A model generated the notes under the pieces. The model ran no database searches. It was given only the letters and a program-made list of their open reading frames with translations, and was not told the DNA's origin. A DNA stretch of 63,576 nt, the filler included, from Atractiella rhizophila (lineage: Eukaryota), in NCBI GenBank assembly GCA_021432655.1. It is 6 parts of 6 records of this genome, joined end to end, with 100 filler letters (N's around TTAATTAATTAA, not from the genome) between each part and the next. Parts side by side here need not be neighbours in the genome. Positions count along the whole stretch, not along the records: positions 24,138 to 46,345 come from MU271639.1; positions 46,446 to 54,035 come from MU271662.1; 4 more parts are not named here. The stretch is one strand, 5' to 3'. A program made the position numbers and the translations under genes. Positions 38,960-52,291 of this stretch are shown here, piece after piece; the first letter of the stretch is position 1, and each line of letters opens with the position of its first letter.

Positions 38960-40674
38960 CCTGAGAGGTGGCAAATTGGAGAAGGGGATTTCACGATGGA
39001 ATCGAGCTGGGCCATATTTGTAGGATTTCGCCGTTCCTTCTCCTTTCCCAAGGCTGGCACTATGTTGGTTCTAGTTGGAGAAGCTCTATTGAGGCGAGTG
39101 CGAGTGAAACCTGTTATTCTCCAAATTTCCCACGCTGCTGCACTTGCCACCGACGCGATTTCTGAAAGTGGTTTCGACGGAGAAAGAAATGCATTTTCGC
39201 GTAGAAATTGGGGTGCAAATTAATCATGTTGTGGGAGCTGGGAAATGAGGAGGATGCGGAGAGATCCTGTGCTTGCATCGAGCAACTTCTTAGTTAATCG
39301 TGAGACGAATGACATGCTTCAGTACTTTTCGAAGTCGACTGACTCGCTCCCAAATGCCAAAGCGCTAACGATGAAATTCGTGCTTCGTTGCCAAATGTAA
39401 ACCGAAGTATCACTGCAGGTAATATTGCACGTAAAGATAGAGGGGATTGTTACAGTTTAAAGTCTAGATGCATGACTTCACAATGATAATGAAATAGATA
39501 AGGTGCTAATGACCATTTCAAGTGGAATCATGGATCATTAACAGTGTTAACTAACCTCCGAGACAAACAAGAATGTAATGATGAGGTAAAGAGGTGCGGA
39601 GAGCGGAGAACTCTAAAGAAGTGACGTGATTAGGCGCTGAATAAGTGACTATGCTCCTGCATAAGCAGAAAAGCAGCTGCCGTGAGCAGAGATCTGGGAA
39701 GACTATCGTGAACTGAAAACAGAAAGAGTTCGCCCATGTAAAGGTTTAGGGCCGCACAAGTCGGTTAGCAGACATGAAATGAACCAAATGCGCAAAGTTC
39801 AAGACTTATGTCACGTATTGGGACAGCCTAGTAAATTGAATCGAGCTCCTCCTTTGCAAAGGAAAGATTCAAAAAATTGAAAGCTATTTCCATCAGAGCT
39901 TTCTCAGTTTATATCAACGATTTCCTACCATCCATCTCACGGAGCTGAGAATCGGGCTCCATTTTGATCGTGGCTACCGCAAGAACACAAGAGCGCGGTC
40001 AAAAATCAAGGGTAACCTGTCCTCAAGCGGACTATAGCTCTCTAAACACATCCAATGGGGCTTGAGATATTGAGCCTCCTGATGCACATCCTGATTCTGA
40101 ATTCGTCTGGAGGTATAAAATCAATATACGTATGATAGTCGTTACTGCTTCACCTCGAGATGGACGACTGAACAATGAGCTCATGAATGATGAAGCTTAT
40201 GTAGGATCAAACCTTCAACTTGAACGCCACTTATTACTTATAGTTGTAACGCGCAACGTTTCACACGGACTCCTGAGCCTCTTTCCTCTCTCCGAACAAT
40301 ATAAATGACACGGATAAAAGGCTAACTATCGTATTGATGGAGAGTCACACCGACTTCCCTTAAACAATAACTGTCCTGCTACAATGTGACTCCTTTCGTG
40401 ATCCCACATTCGAAATATAACCCGAAGGCGTCGTTGGGACTGGAAATAGCTGGCGCCATCGTAATATGTGTACATGAGAGAACAGAACGAAATTATTGAT
40501 GGTCGTCTTACTCTTCAAGTTTCCGGTGATCGGGGCTGAAGAATTCCAATTCGACCACCTCAACAACGCCTTCCTTGTGTCTAAGCTTGCATTTTAGGCT
40601 ACGAGTCCCTTTGGGCTGCTTTGGTCGAAGGATTCCCCTTGGGATTTGGTGAGGAACTAGCGTAGTTGGAGGAG

Positions 40675-42685
40675 ATGGACCTTTATCACCACCTGCGACA
40701 TCTCACCCTCACTCGGCGACTCGTCATCTCCCTCGTCGTTGCAGTCATCGTTGGCTTCTATACGCTTCCCTCAGGACCTTCGTATGTTTTCCAATTCTCA
40801 TTTTAGCAGCTTGGGGTAACAGGTTTTGAATGTGGATTGATTGCTACATGAACAGCCCCGAAGCATCCAGCGTACGATGTACTACACCCAGGAATGACAT
40901 TCTTTCTCCTGGCTTACTGCTTCTCAACCTTTCACATCCCTTCAAAACGCATTACTCTCCCTTGTTCCTCTCCCAAGCAGCCTTCTCGGATTCAGATTCG
41001 TTACCTGAAGCAAAAGCGAATCCAAATCTCCTCCTCTCCCTCTACCTCGATTGGCGTTCGCAGTCTGGAATTCAGCGTACAAAGGGTTGGGATTGGGAAG
41101 GCGGACCGGAAGATGTAGAAGGTGTGAGTGTAGAGATGGAAGAGATGGTTAGTTCGCTCGGAGAGGAAGTGGATGGGATCTTTTCGGAGCAGCGAGTGAG
41201 GGAATCTTTAGGCTGGGTACGAGGTTCAATCATTCGAGAAGGAGAAGGAGACGGAGATGGAATAGAAAGTGAAGGGTGGATATGGCCTGACGGGATGGGA
41301 GAAGAAGCCCTTTATTCTCCTCCACTCCCTGAATCTAGCGTCTTATCCCCACACAATCTCTCTCCTCTACGCACCCGAACAATCCTCTACCTCTCAACTC
41401 CCTCGGTCTCTCTCCACCTTCGTACTCTCTGCTCTTACTTCCATGCGCCTGTGCGCACTATTCCGCTCTCCTCCCACTCGTCCTCTGCATCTTCATCAGG
41501 AGAGGATGGAGAAGAGATGACAGTCTGCGAGCTCCCCCACTCCAAACTCCGCCTACTCTCCCTCCCTCTTCCCATACCCCTACTCGCGCCTCCATCTCCA
41601 CTCCTCCCCGGAATAGAAGAGGATCTCCATCGTCGCATACGACCTTTCATACGCCGCATGTTGGGGAAAGAGTATCGGAAAACCACACCGGACGTGATCG
41701 TCCTCTCCGCTTCAGAAGAAGACTTGGATCTGCTGCAGGACGCGAGGCTGCCACCGCCGCTGTTGGAGTTGGTTTGGGAGGAGGAAGGAGTAAGGAGGAT
41801 GTGGAATTCTTCTTCGTCGGAAGAGGAGGACGGAGAAGGAGGAGAGGAAGCATGGGAACTCGTCGATCGCTTGCCTGACCCGAATCAGTACTTGGGACAC
41901 CCCATGTCACTGTCTCCCGATCACCTCTTATCTTACACCCTCGCTTTGAAATCCACACTCCATAGCCTCCAGCGTGCCTTTCCCTCTTCCACCCTCTCAC
42001 TTCTTCTAACCCCTCGCCATCAATCACCTCTGCCCATCGCGCAAGGGGCGACTGAGAAGGAACAGGACGAAGCGTGGAGTGTAGGTGTAAGAAGTCACGA
42101 GATGAGAGAGGCGGAAAAAGCCGTTTGTGAGGATTTGAGGAAGGTGTGGATGCACGGAGGTGGGGTGCAATGCTTGGATGTTGGCGGCATGATCGAGGGT
42201 TACGGAGGCGTATTTAGGAAGGTCAAACACGATGCTGAGTGGGGACAAGGAGAGCGAGTAGAGGAGAGATTTGTGAGTCTTTCTTCCTTCTATTCGTGGA
42301 CGTCGCAGCCGCAGTTATGTTCCTGAGAGAGGGAATGAACTCCTTATAAACTCGGCGAAAGCTGCGGGAGTGAAGGAACGCGTCGGATTTCGTCGCCGCG
42401 AACCTGCGGCGGGATTAACCCAACTCACCCATTGATTCATTGGTATTGCGGATTGCTGACTTTCTTTCGTCGGATTGGTGCGCAGAATCCTTCTGGCGTA
42501 CTACTCATACAGTCCTCCCTCGAGGTGCTGTATCGACGTGTCGCCGGGAGCCGGTGGTGGGGATGGATGGACCGTTTGCGCGTCGATTGATCCGTTCACA
42601 TCTCGTTGAGCAGATGATATCTGAGCGCAGGCATCGAGGTCCTCCTTCAATTGAAGGATGGAAAATGCCAACCGAGTGTGCATAA
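40675..42685 (+). CDS. Hypothetical type II membrane protein, weak resemblance to Cryptococcus CAP64/CAS3-like family
   Basis: N-terminal TM anchor (RRLVISLVVAVIVGFY), 498-aa ORF, motifs LRTRTILYL..LC, PDVIVLS, FWRTTH; family assignment is inference. Confidence 0.5.
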
Positions 42686-43278
42686 TTATAACTCTTTCAT
42701 TCGCCATTTCATTCTTGGATCCTCACATTCTTCCTCTCATGTTTCATGGTCGTGAAAGTAACAGGAACTTAGGAGTGATGCATTGATGCATTCTTGTATA
42801 AGTTCGCATAGGTTGATTATTTATCTTCGTCCATCGCTACTAAGGAACTGGGTAATGCATTAGTTCTTAATCCTGTATTTGATCGCGAAAACGTCACTGT
42901 TTATTGCTACCGAACATCGAACATCAGCGCAGTAATCAGCTATGAGAGCCTGCAGAACTAGTGGAAGTATTCTGTCAGTACCAGTAAGTGTTGTTTATCA
43001 CACCGTTCTGCGCCGTCTCGCACTCGACTAACCAAACCTCACGCATTTCCCGAATTCTGAGGCCTGACAACGCACACGACTAATCACCATCATCGCATCA
43101 TTGACGGTAAGAGTGCGCGCAGAAACATATAGCATCAGCATCAACGCTTTAGAAACGCTGGATTGTTGCCTTCATACAGTGCGTCATCCCTTGCCAAGCG
43201 ATTGGGTGTGGTAATAGCTCATTGGAATATTTACCACTTCAGACTTGTTTTGAAACAAATATCGCTGCAATTTACGCG

Positions 43279-44996
43279 ATGATTCAACCATTCAAAGCGA
43301 CGAAACAGCTCGTAAACATTTCTCAGCAGCCGTTCCAGGCGGTCCAGCGGGTGAGTGGAGACTTGCAGGTGCCACTGAAACCTTTGAGCTGAGACATTAC
43401 CCCAGGATGTAGCTTTATGCTTTTCCACAGCGGTCGCCAATCAACCTCCTCAGTACAAGTCCCTTTCATATTCCACTTTGACACCGTTCTCACATGGCCC
43501 TCGTTCTCCATAGGTTTAATTCCGTTGCCAATCGTAGCATGTGGGCAGACACAAAAGCCTTCCTCTCCCTCAAGCAACACGGATCAGCTATCCACGCATT
43601 CCTCGTCACCTCACACGCCCCTTAGGCTGGAAGTGTGTATTTCGCCCGCTTTTTCACAAGTATTCAATTCATGGGACACAGACGAAGAGCTCTTACTCCA
43701 CCAATAGCGGCAGAACTGCCAACGAAGTCGACGAAATGGACACCAGCGATGATGATTCCTTGTATGAGCGGTCTTCGCCCGCGAAGAGTGAGGAAGATGT
43801 GAATACGGTTTGTTCTTTCTATACATGTTCAATGGTCCCTAACAAAAACTTGCAGGTAGTGTTGGGAATACCAGAACGATACGCAGTCTCTATCGCTGCT
43901 ACCTCGCTCCTCCTCCGTATCTTCCGGATGGTCATCTATATGGACTATTTGGACCCCACGACTGCTCACCAAGAACTTGCGAAGATTTCACTCGTCGGCG
44001 CTCTTGGTGCTCCCTCGCGCGACATTTGATGCACGAGAACGTCAGTCTGAGATGGGATCAGCTTGACAGCTTCGCAGATCACCTTCAGACAAACAGATGT
44101 ATTGGTCCTCTCATAAAATCTCTCCATGTGGAGTCCCTCAACCTCGATCCAGCGAAGGTCATTCCTGTTCTCAATCAATGTCCAATGCTTCAGCATTTCT
44201 CCCTCGCTCGGCCAAACCACGAGGAATACGAAGCAACAGAGGGATTGCATGAAGTTGTCAAGATCCTGGCCGCAATGAAAACGGTAGTCTCCCTCGACTT
44301 GACCACCTGGGCTTCGTCATCCGATGATGACCAACTCGCATTCTCGCTGGATATCTTTCGCCCTCAAATCGGCCTACAGCACCTGAAGGTGTCGGGATGT
44401 ACCGTCATCGAAGGCCATGATAAGGCTTCTGGAACTCTAACAGTCCCTCTCTTGCGTACATTCGTCTTGTCCCACTGTAAACTCGATGAAGCACATGCTT
44501 CCGACCTGCTCGACACCCTTCGCAATGCGCGGGAACTCAAGCATTGTCCCTGGTCAACTTGGACTGCCAAGTCGGGATTTTAGAGCAAATCTTCGAGGTG
44601 ACGACGCCTAACCTTCAGGCTCTTCGATTGGAGCCTTTGAGATGTGGGGAGACTTTAGTGGGATTGGATGGGCTGTCTGTGTCGGTGTTGATCACTTCAA
44701 GAATCTCAGGGAACTACACTGTCGCGGCCATGTTCCCATCGGTCTTTCTTTCTGCGATTGCACCAACGATTGAAGTCGTTGGGATGGACTGCCACGTCAA
44801 TCCGGATTGGCACGATTGTTGGGTCCAGTTTCTGCAAGAGGGACTTTATCCCCAATTGCGATATTTGGATGACTCAGCTTCTGAGCAACATTCCCACGAG
44901 AGACTCTTTTCACTATGTAGGAGTCTTGGGATCTCGACAACGTTACCTTCGCGGCTCGTTTATTCAAGCGACGACTTTATGTATGAAGCTTTGTGA
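43279..44996 (+). pseudogene. Frameshifted F-box/LRR paralog of 34371-36093 (inverted orientation)
   Basis: DEMDTSDDDSLYERSSPAKSEEDV, MHENV, QCPMLQH, WHDCWVQ, DDFMYEAL* collinear with the paralog but split over at least three ORFs by small indels. Confidence 0.72.
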
Positions 44997-45619
44997 ATGT
45001 CTGTGTCTGTGTTTGAATGTTACAATGACAATACCACCCCACAGTGTGAATACGATACAGTATGAATGCTCCGTCTTCAGCGCCGTTTCATTTCCTTGTG
45101 CTTTCACTACATCTACATAATTCGGCGTACTCGACGTTTATGACCGATACGAAAGGGACTGATCCGGGACGTCACAATAGAAGATCCTTCTCAGTGGCAT
45201 CTGCACCGTAAGTGGATTTGTATGTAAAGAAATGCGAGTAGCAGTAGACAACCAGCAAGTTTCAATACACGCTTGCTGCTTCACGTACAACATGCTCTGA
45301 CAATACATCACTAGCCCCCACATCGTTCGTCTTGACTTTAGCGTTCGAAAACTACCCTCATTTTACCCCCTTACGTGTTCTGAGGGCGAAAATTGTCGTG
45401 ATCATGGTGCCAACTCAACTCTAGATAGGTGCTAGCACAAACTTCTCTCCGTGCAAATCTAGGTAGCCACTAGGACACAACGAGCAACATATTCAGGATG
45501 TATTCCACAACTTGCTATCTCCTCTCGGCAATATATTACCTTCATTTCACGGATAATATATGATCTACGCGCATAGAAATGTCTTTACGCAAGCCTTTAT
45601 TACCGCGCCGTGTCCCTGT

Positions 45620-45960
45620 TTAGTTCTTCCCAACCTTAGACATCCGCAATATTCTCCCTTATTTCTCTCCCAAGTATGTAGAAGGTGTGGGTGTGTGAGT
45701 GTAGAGATGGAAGCGATGGTCGGTTCGCTCAGAGAGGAGATGGATAGGATCTTTACGGAGGAGCGAGTGAGCATCTTGGGACAGGTACGAGGTTCAATCT
45801 TCGAGAAGGAGAAGGAGGTGGAATAGACAGTCAAGGGTGGATATGGCCTGACGGCATCGGAAAAGAGGTCCTTTATTATCCTCCATTTCTTGAACCCAGC
45901 ATGTTGTCAGCGGACGACCTCTCCCTCTCCGCACCTCAACAATTATCTACCTCTCAGCGA
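45620..45960 (+). pseudogene. Deleted fragment of the 5' part of the 40675-42685 gene
   Basis: GTGAGTGTAGAGATGGAAG.GATGGT.GTTCGCTC and GGGTGGATATGGCCTGACGG match ~41123-41293 with internal deletions. Confidence 0.8.
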
Positions 45961-46345
45961 TCTCGACTCCCACGGTCTCTCTCCGGCCCGAACTCACGGC
46001 TCTTACGCCCATACACGGCAGGTTGAGTTTGGAGTCTAGGAAATCCACCTCAGGACTGTAATGAGGGGAATCTCAGCGTCGCTCGGTTTGCGATTTCGAT
46101 CAACTCGAAATTGAATTTTATGCGGGTATTCCTGTCGTACATCCCGCCGAGGAAGCCAATAACGACATCGTGAGGGACTCAAATTTTGGGTCCCCAGTCA
46201 TCATCTTGAGCAGTCTTCATGTTTCGCTGGCATTTGGTCCGGCCAGCTATGGCCGCAACAATCAGCCCTCCCCTTCGTAACCGCTTCCGTTTCCTTCGAT
46301 CTTCCAGTTGGCACTATTTCTCAGTATACATTGAAAAGAACATTA

Positions 46346-46445
46346 NNNNNNNNNNNNNNNNNNNNNNNNNNNNNNNNNNNNNNNNNNNNTTAATTAATTA
46401 ANNNNNNNNNNNNNNNNNNNNNNNNNNNNNNNNNNNNNNNNNNNN
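46346..46445. other. Artificial contig linker
   Basis: N44-TTAATTAATTAA-N44. Confidence 0.98.
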
Positions 46446-47148
46446 CCTTGGTGGAGCTGATACCGCCAAGTACTCTGGATCTATCTCTTACACTCCTCTC
46501 ACCTCTGCTTCCTACTGGGCCACATCTGGCAAGCGCTCTTGTGTACGTCAACGCCTCTTCCTCATTTGATTCCATGACTGAAATTTGAGTATAGTAACGG
46601 TGCCACTGCGTGAGTTATCTTTCTTCATCTCGTAATAACAACAAACCGACATTCTGGTCGAAAGTCTCCACCACCATGATCATCGACACCGGAACCACTC
46701 TCATCGTCGGAGCCACCGCTACCGTGAAGACTTTCTGGTCCAAGGTTTCTGGCTCCAAGGCTTGCACTACCGCGACCTGTGGCAGCGGCTCTACTGGATA
46801 CTACTCTTCCCTTGGTACGTTGACTGCCCTGTTCTTGGAATGCTGGCTGATGGTTTTGCTACAGCAACTCTGCTCCTACTGTCTCCTTCTCTTTCTCCGG
46901 AAAGGCCTGGGCCATGAGCGCTGATACCTTCAGTCTCGGTGAGCTTTCTGTCTGCCATTTTACAGTCGAACCCCAGAACTGAACATGGAACAGGCCAAGT
47001 CTCCTCTGGAAGCTCCTCTTGCGTTGGCAGCATCGTCGGAGAAGATCTCGGATTGAACGCCTGGATTGTCGGCGACTCCTTCCTGAGGAACGTCTACTCC
47101 GTTTACGATTACACTAACGAGCGCGTCGGATTCGCGACTCCCAAGTAA
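46446..47148 (+). CDS. Aspartic protease (pepsin family), C-terminal part; 5' lost in gap
   Basis: LGGADTAKYSGSISY..YW, IIDTGTTLI, WIVGDSFLRNVYSVYD...RVGFA. Confidence 0.92.
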
Positions 47149-47597
47149 ATTGCAACCCAATGTTGTATACTTTACCTTCCTCTCTCTTTCGCAAATACCA
47201 AATACCCTTGCTCGGAATGCATGCTCTTGTTGTTGCAACAACCAATTCTTGAAACCGGGAAAGCATCGTATTTCACAAAAAAAAATGTTGGCAATGGAAA
47301 CGTATCTGCGACGACCGAAAGAACAAACAGCTTGTAAGTATCTTGAATATCGACAGACTCGCATGAAGCTCAGAATTACACTTCATTTCTGTAAGAAAGG
47401 TATAAAGCTCTGTGTGTATCCTCCCCCCCAACGAACTTTGAAACAGACATCAAGCAACGTAACTTCGTGACTTCGTCGTACAAAACAATTTCGTGCATCC
47501 GAACGACAGAAGAAACTCAACGCATCATGTGGAAAGTGACGGAGGTATCTTTCAGTGTCCTGAGATCCTCCGTTGAAGTGATGGGAAAGGGATATAC

Positions 47598-49858
47598 CTA
47601 GTCCTCACCAGGACTAGCTCTGCCCATGTCCTCCCAACTCCTTGAACTCGAAGTGTGACTAGCCTGACTCGTAGTTTCGAAATCGCTGAGTCCCTCCTTT
47701 TCCCAACTCTGCATCTTCTCCATCCCAACTGCTGTCACATCACCGTCCTTCTTTTCCGCATAGTCCCTCTTCACCTTCTCGTCCAAAGCCGTATTCGCCG
47801 TAGGAAGCTTGACAGAATCCGACGATTCCCCAATCATCTCGATTGGACGCATAGCCAATTTGTCACTCGACACTTCACTCTCTTCCTTCTCCTGAGTCGG
47901 CGTAGCCTCTGGCAGATCGGGATATGTGGGCAAGACGTGCTCCTTATCCTCCGGCAACTCCACCTCCTCTCCCTCCCCGACGCTCTTTGGGGCTTCTCTC
48001 GCATCACTCGGCATCTTGGGCAGTATTCCTCCGTCCTCCGCCTTTTCCTCCTTTGGCACAACTTCTTCCTCTGTTCTCTCTTCTGCAGGACTTTGCACCA
48101 CCTCTCCACCTCCAACAACCGGAGTACTGCATCCTTTCTCCCCCTCGTCTTTCGAATGATTTCGCTCCGCACTCAAGCTCTCGAACTCTTTACGAAGTGC
48201 AATCAACTCCTTCTCAAACCTCCGACCCCACACCTCCACGTAGAAAGATGCACCGTTCCATACGGCAACAGAGAACATGGAAGCGACGAAAATGGCGTCG
48301 GCTGTCTTGTGGTTGAAATAGAGGATTGATGGAGAGACAGTGAGGATGGTCTATACTCGATATTAGATAATTGTCTGCTAGAAAAAAACATACGAACGTA
48401 GATCATTTGGCCAATCATAAATGACAATTCCTTGTAGGCGCCGGGAATATAAGTAAGCATCTTGCCAATCGTCCCTTTCTTATCATTCAAGAGGCTAATC
48501 AACCATCAAGTTAGGATGGTCTGTATCTATGAAGCCAAGGGGAGGACGAACTAAGTGAACGAGGTGATCCTGCCCTTCGCAATCTTCTCCCTTCTCTTCT
48601 CAATCACAAAATACCAATAACCGCCTTGCCAGATGATATCTGCAACGTCGCTTCTCAGTTTCTTTCTCTCCTGGAAATGACAGGAGACCAGGACAGACGC
48701 ACAAACAACGCTAGTAACCGCGAGGAAGCTCTTCCAGCCTAACCAACCTCCTTTCAAAGCCGGATATCTCGCTTCTGCGAGACCAGGAGGGTAGAAATGT
48801 TTGATAGTCATTAGCACCAGTGGTGGGTAGAGGTGGATGTAGAGACTGGTCACTGTTACGTACTGTGTCAGTAATCGGCGGGATGAGGAAGGCAGAACAA
48901 ACCTTTATCAATGCTATGAAACACAAGGGAATTCCTCCACGTCAAGACCGCCGTTGCGAGTGGTCCTGTGGATTTCATCAGTTGGGCGATATGACATAGT
49001 ATCCGGAAGGTGTACCGTTGGCTAGTCCCCAGACCGCAGCGAAAAGCAGGGAAGAGGAAGGGAAGACCCAGAGCCAGAGGAGCAGGAGTCCGTTGATGTA
49101 ATCTGTGGCAACAGTTGGAACATTACGCGGGAGACCTCTAAGGGAACGAGCATACAACAGAGGTCGAACACTATAGCGAGTTCAGTTGTCACTGCGAACA
49201 AAAGATTTGAAAACACGCACAAAAGTAGTGCCATGCTTTCTTCTTGTATGTGTACAGTCGCCAGGGAAGGAGGATGAGCGCTTGTATCGTGTAGAAGAGG
49301 GGGATGTAGGTCGGGTAGAAGCCTTCGCCCCGTTGTTGTCAGTGTTTAGAAGTTAACTATCTAGTAGGAGACAAACCGAGGAGAAGCACCGTAGCTACGA
49401 TCTGTCCACACAAATACGTCATCGGCTGTCTTGGTTGGCAGACTGCATGTTGGCAAAGGACGTACGTTATTGACACCGAAGAAGAAGCTGATCTGTTCCC
49501 TCAAGCTTACGATCTTGGTCTCGTTCCACTTCAAGCTGAGCGCCTTCATCCTCTCCTCCACCCTCAACTTCAGTCTCTCAACCTCCCTCTCAGCCTCACC
49601 CCAACCTTCTCTCTTCAGCAACTCTTCCAAGGCTCTCCTCCGCTTTTCCATGCCCCTCTCCACTCTCTTCCCTTGCTGCCTAATTGCACGAGAGAGTAGC
49701 TCGATAGTCGCATCGAAGGAAACCAGGAGATCGACAAGAGATAAGTCGCTGAATGGCGAGTCGGGAAGGGAGAAAGAACCAGATGGTGAACCATTAGAAG
49801 GTGTAACGCTTCCCGAGTGATTTCGGGAGTGCGTCAAAGACGAAGAAGCGGTAGACAT
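47598..49858 (-). CDS. GPC1: Glycerophosphocholine acyltransferase (DUF2838)
   Basis: REQISFFFGV, YTYKKKAWHY, FDLC, SLYIHLYPPL, RITSFT, WNGASFYVEVWGRRFEKEL; multi-exon. Confidence 0.85.
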
Positions 49859-51124
49859 CTTGCTTGCTTTGTCGCCACTGTTGATTATTGTGAAATGAAA
49901 ATGTCAATGACCCCGGGCAAAGGCCACGATGAAGTGTTCTTTGAATGAATGTGTCAGTCCTTTTCGTCCTGCTGCCAGAGAGACTCACATTATTCCTTGG
50001 ATTTAAATGGCTTAACTCGTGTAATCTCGTTGTTGATTATGCTGAAGCGTTTAGCATGTATAATAAGGCGTAGACTGGGGTCGTCGTCGACGTCGTTGTT
50101 TCGTCGTTTTCACAAGTCAGCCAACGGAACCGAATGGGAAGCGGATGCTCCCCTTTGGGGTTGAGAACTGAGACCTGTTTGTGTTTGTCAGGAGGTTGGG
50201 AAATTCAACAAGCAGAGTAAAAGGCCGTACCATAAATTACATAGAAAGATCGTCAGTCACATTGAAGTGGAGGATGTTTTGAAGACTTTAGAGCAGCTAA
50301 AATGGGACAGGAACACAGCAAGGAGTTTGGAGAACGATTCGTGCGAGATATTGTTTTAAACTTTCCTTTAAACTCCAAGGCTTCGAGCTCTACTGCTCCA
50401 TCCATTCACTGCGTAACCGTGGTTGTTGGATTCACTGCGATTTTTATTTGCAATTATGCTGAGGGCCAAAGCCATAGCGGGTCCACTACTGGATATCGTA
50501 ATTCTGAGATGCTGTACACGCAATATAGGTTGTGTCAAGCATCTCGTTCTCCCATCACAAAGCTACATTTTCTATGGCACATTGAAGCTATATCGCTTCC
50601 TTTGTACAAGTGGAGGCCAACAACTCCTTGAGCTTTGATTTGGGTTCTGTACCTGTCTCGTCTAAACGTGAAGGTGAACTTCAAATATCATTGTTCTCTA
50701 GCAAGGCTCAAAAGGCTGGGCTCAGAACAGAAAAAAAAAATTCACATCAAATTAGGTTCCGGATTGTGGGCTTGGTCCTTAACAACTTAAAGTTTAGTGC
50801 ATTTTTCAAAATGCACTTGCACAGCCTTGCATTCCTGATTGTTGTCGGACGGGATCAACCACCGTTGAAATGCAGTTTCGGAAGTGCGGAGAGCGCGTAC
50901 TGATTGAGTTCAAATCACGTTTGGCTTCCGATCGCGTTCTGCATAACTCACTTTCGAACTCCGCCAGTTTTGACTCAAACACAGCATGTAAAAGCGTGCT
51001 GTGCTCCTGAGCTGGCCTCTTGTCATAAAGAACAAAGGGCTCATTTATGACTCGCTCGCACTGATCTCAGATCGTTGTCTGCCAGTGTCTCAGAAGTAGG
51101 TAAGCCCTCCCTTTGTATCCATCA

Positions 51125-52101
51125 ATGTCGTCGCGGAAACCGTATGGTTATGCGGCAGACAATATGTTTTACCCCACCTCGAAGAGGGAGAGGGAAGATT
51201 TGGCGCAAAATTATGGAGCGCTCCAATACAAGATTGATGATCAAAGGCGTTCTTCTCCGTCGAAGAGAACTTCGTCAAGATCGAGCTACTTGAAGAAGAA
51301 TCCGAACTCTCAAGAGCTCTCTTCTTCTTCTTCTTACACTTCTGAGACCTCATCGTATTCCCCCACCCTTTCTCAGCGATCTTCAAGCTCCTCTAGAGCT
51401 TCATCGTATTCTTCCTCTCCCAGTTCAATATCCATTACATCTCCCTTGCACTCACCGCCCCAGCGGAAAGTGCAGCGGAGTGAATATAGGTATCAATCGA
51501 CAAGATCTTCCCCCCTCTCACTTCCGCGAGATTCATTTACGTCGCAGAATCCCTCCGTCTCTCCTCCCAATTTCCAAGGTGGAGCCGCAAGTGTATCTGC
51601 TCGACGAGCAACACAATCTCGTCCAGTCGGACATCGGTACGCGTCGGAGTACTTGGTATCTCCCTCTTCGACTTCGCAACCATTCCAACCAGAGCGTTTC
51701 CAACAACCTTTTTCCCGCCATTGGGTATCCATCCAGCACCACTACCTCACCCGAAACCGAAGGTCTATGCAACGCAGGACACAGGTCGAATGGGGCTGGA
51801 AGGTCGGAGGAATGGAAACAATGAAAAGAAATCGCGAACAGAGAAACGAACACTATTCCGGCCACAAACATTGAACTTCGAGCAACGGGAAAGGAGAGAA
51901 ACCTCTAAGCCAAATTCAGTGTCAAGGCAGATGACGTTGAAGCAGACGAGCGTTTTACAAAACCCACGAAGTGTGCAGAAACTCCATTCTCAGCAAAGAC
52001 AACAACGCCTTGGTGAATACTGTGATAAGTGTCCTGATGGACGTCTGCTCAATGGAAACCGAGTCGTCTGCTCCCATTGTGGAAGAACAGTGTATTTGTA
52101 A
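51125..52101 (+). CDS. Ser/Pro-rich hypothetical protein, structure uncertain
   Basis: 253-aa low-complexity ORF overlapping a second ORF ending in CDKC..CSHC; probable intron or frameshift between them. Confidence 0.35.
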
Positions 52102-52291
52102 TGTCGATGGCCACTTCGGGATGTGTACTAGGTAAAGCTTGTAGTTCTGCTGTTGTTTGTACAAGACCTGGTGTTTGAATTGATTGTGCATATTTATCTC
52201 ACCACTTGACGCAACATTGTGTGGCAGATGCCGAGCAAAGCACTTTTCAGCTGAGGGGCATTGGATTAATTGCATAGAGAAATGGTAAAAC

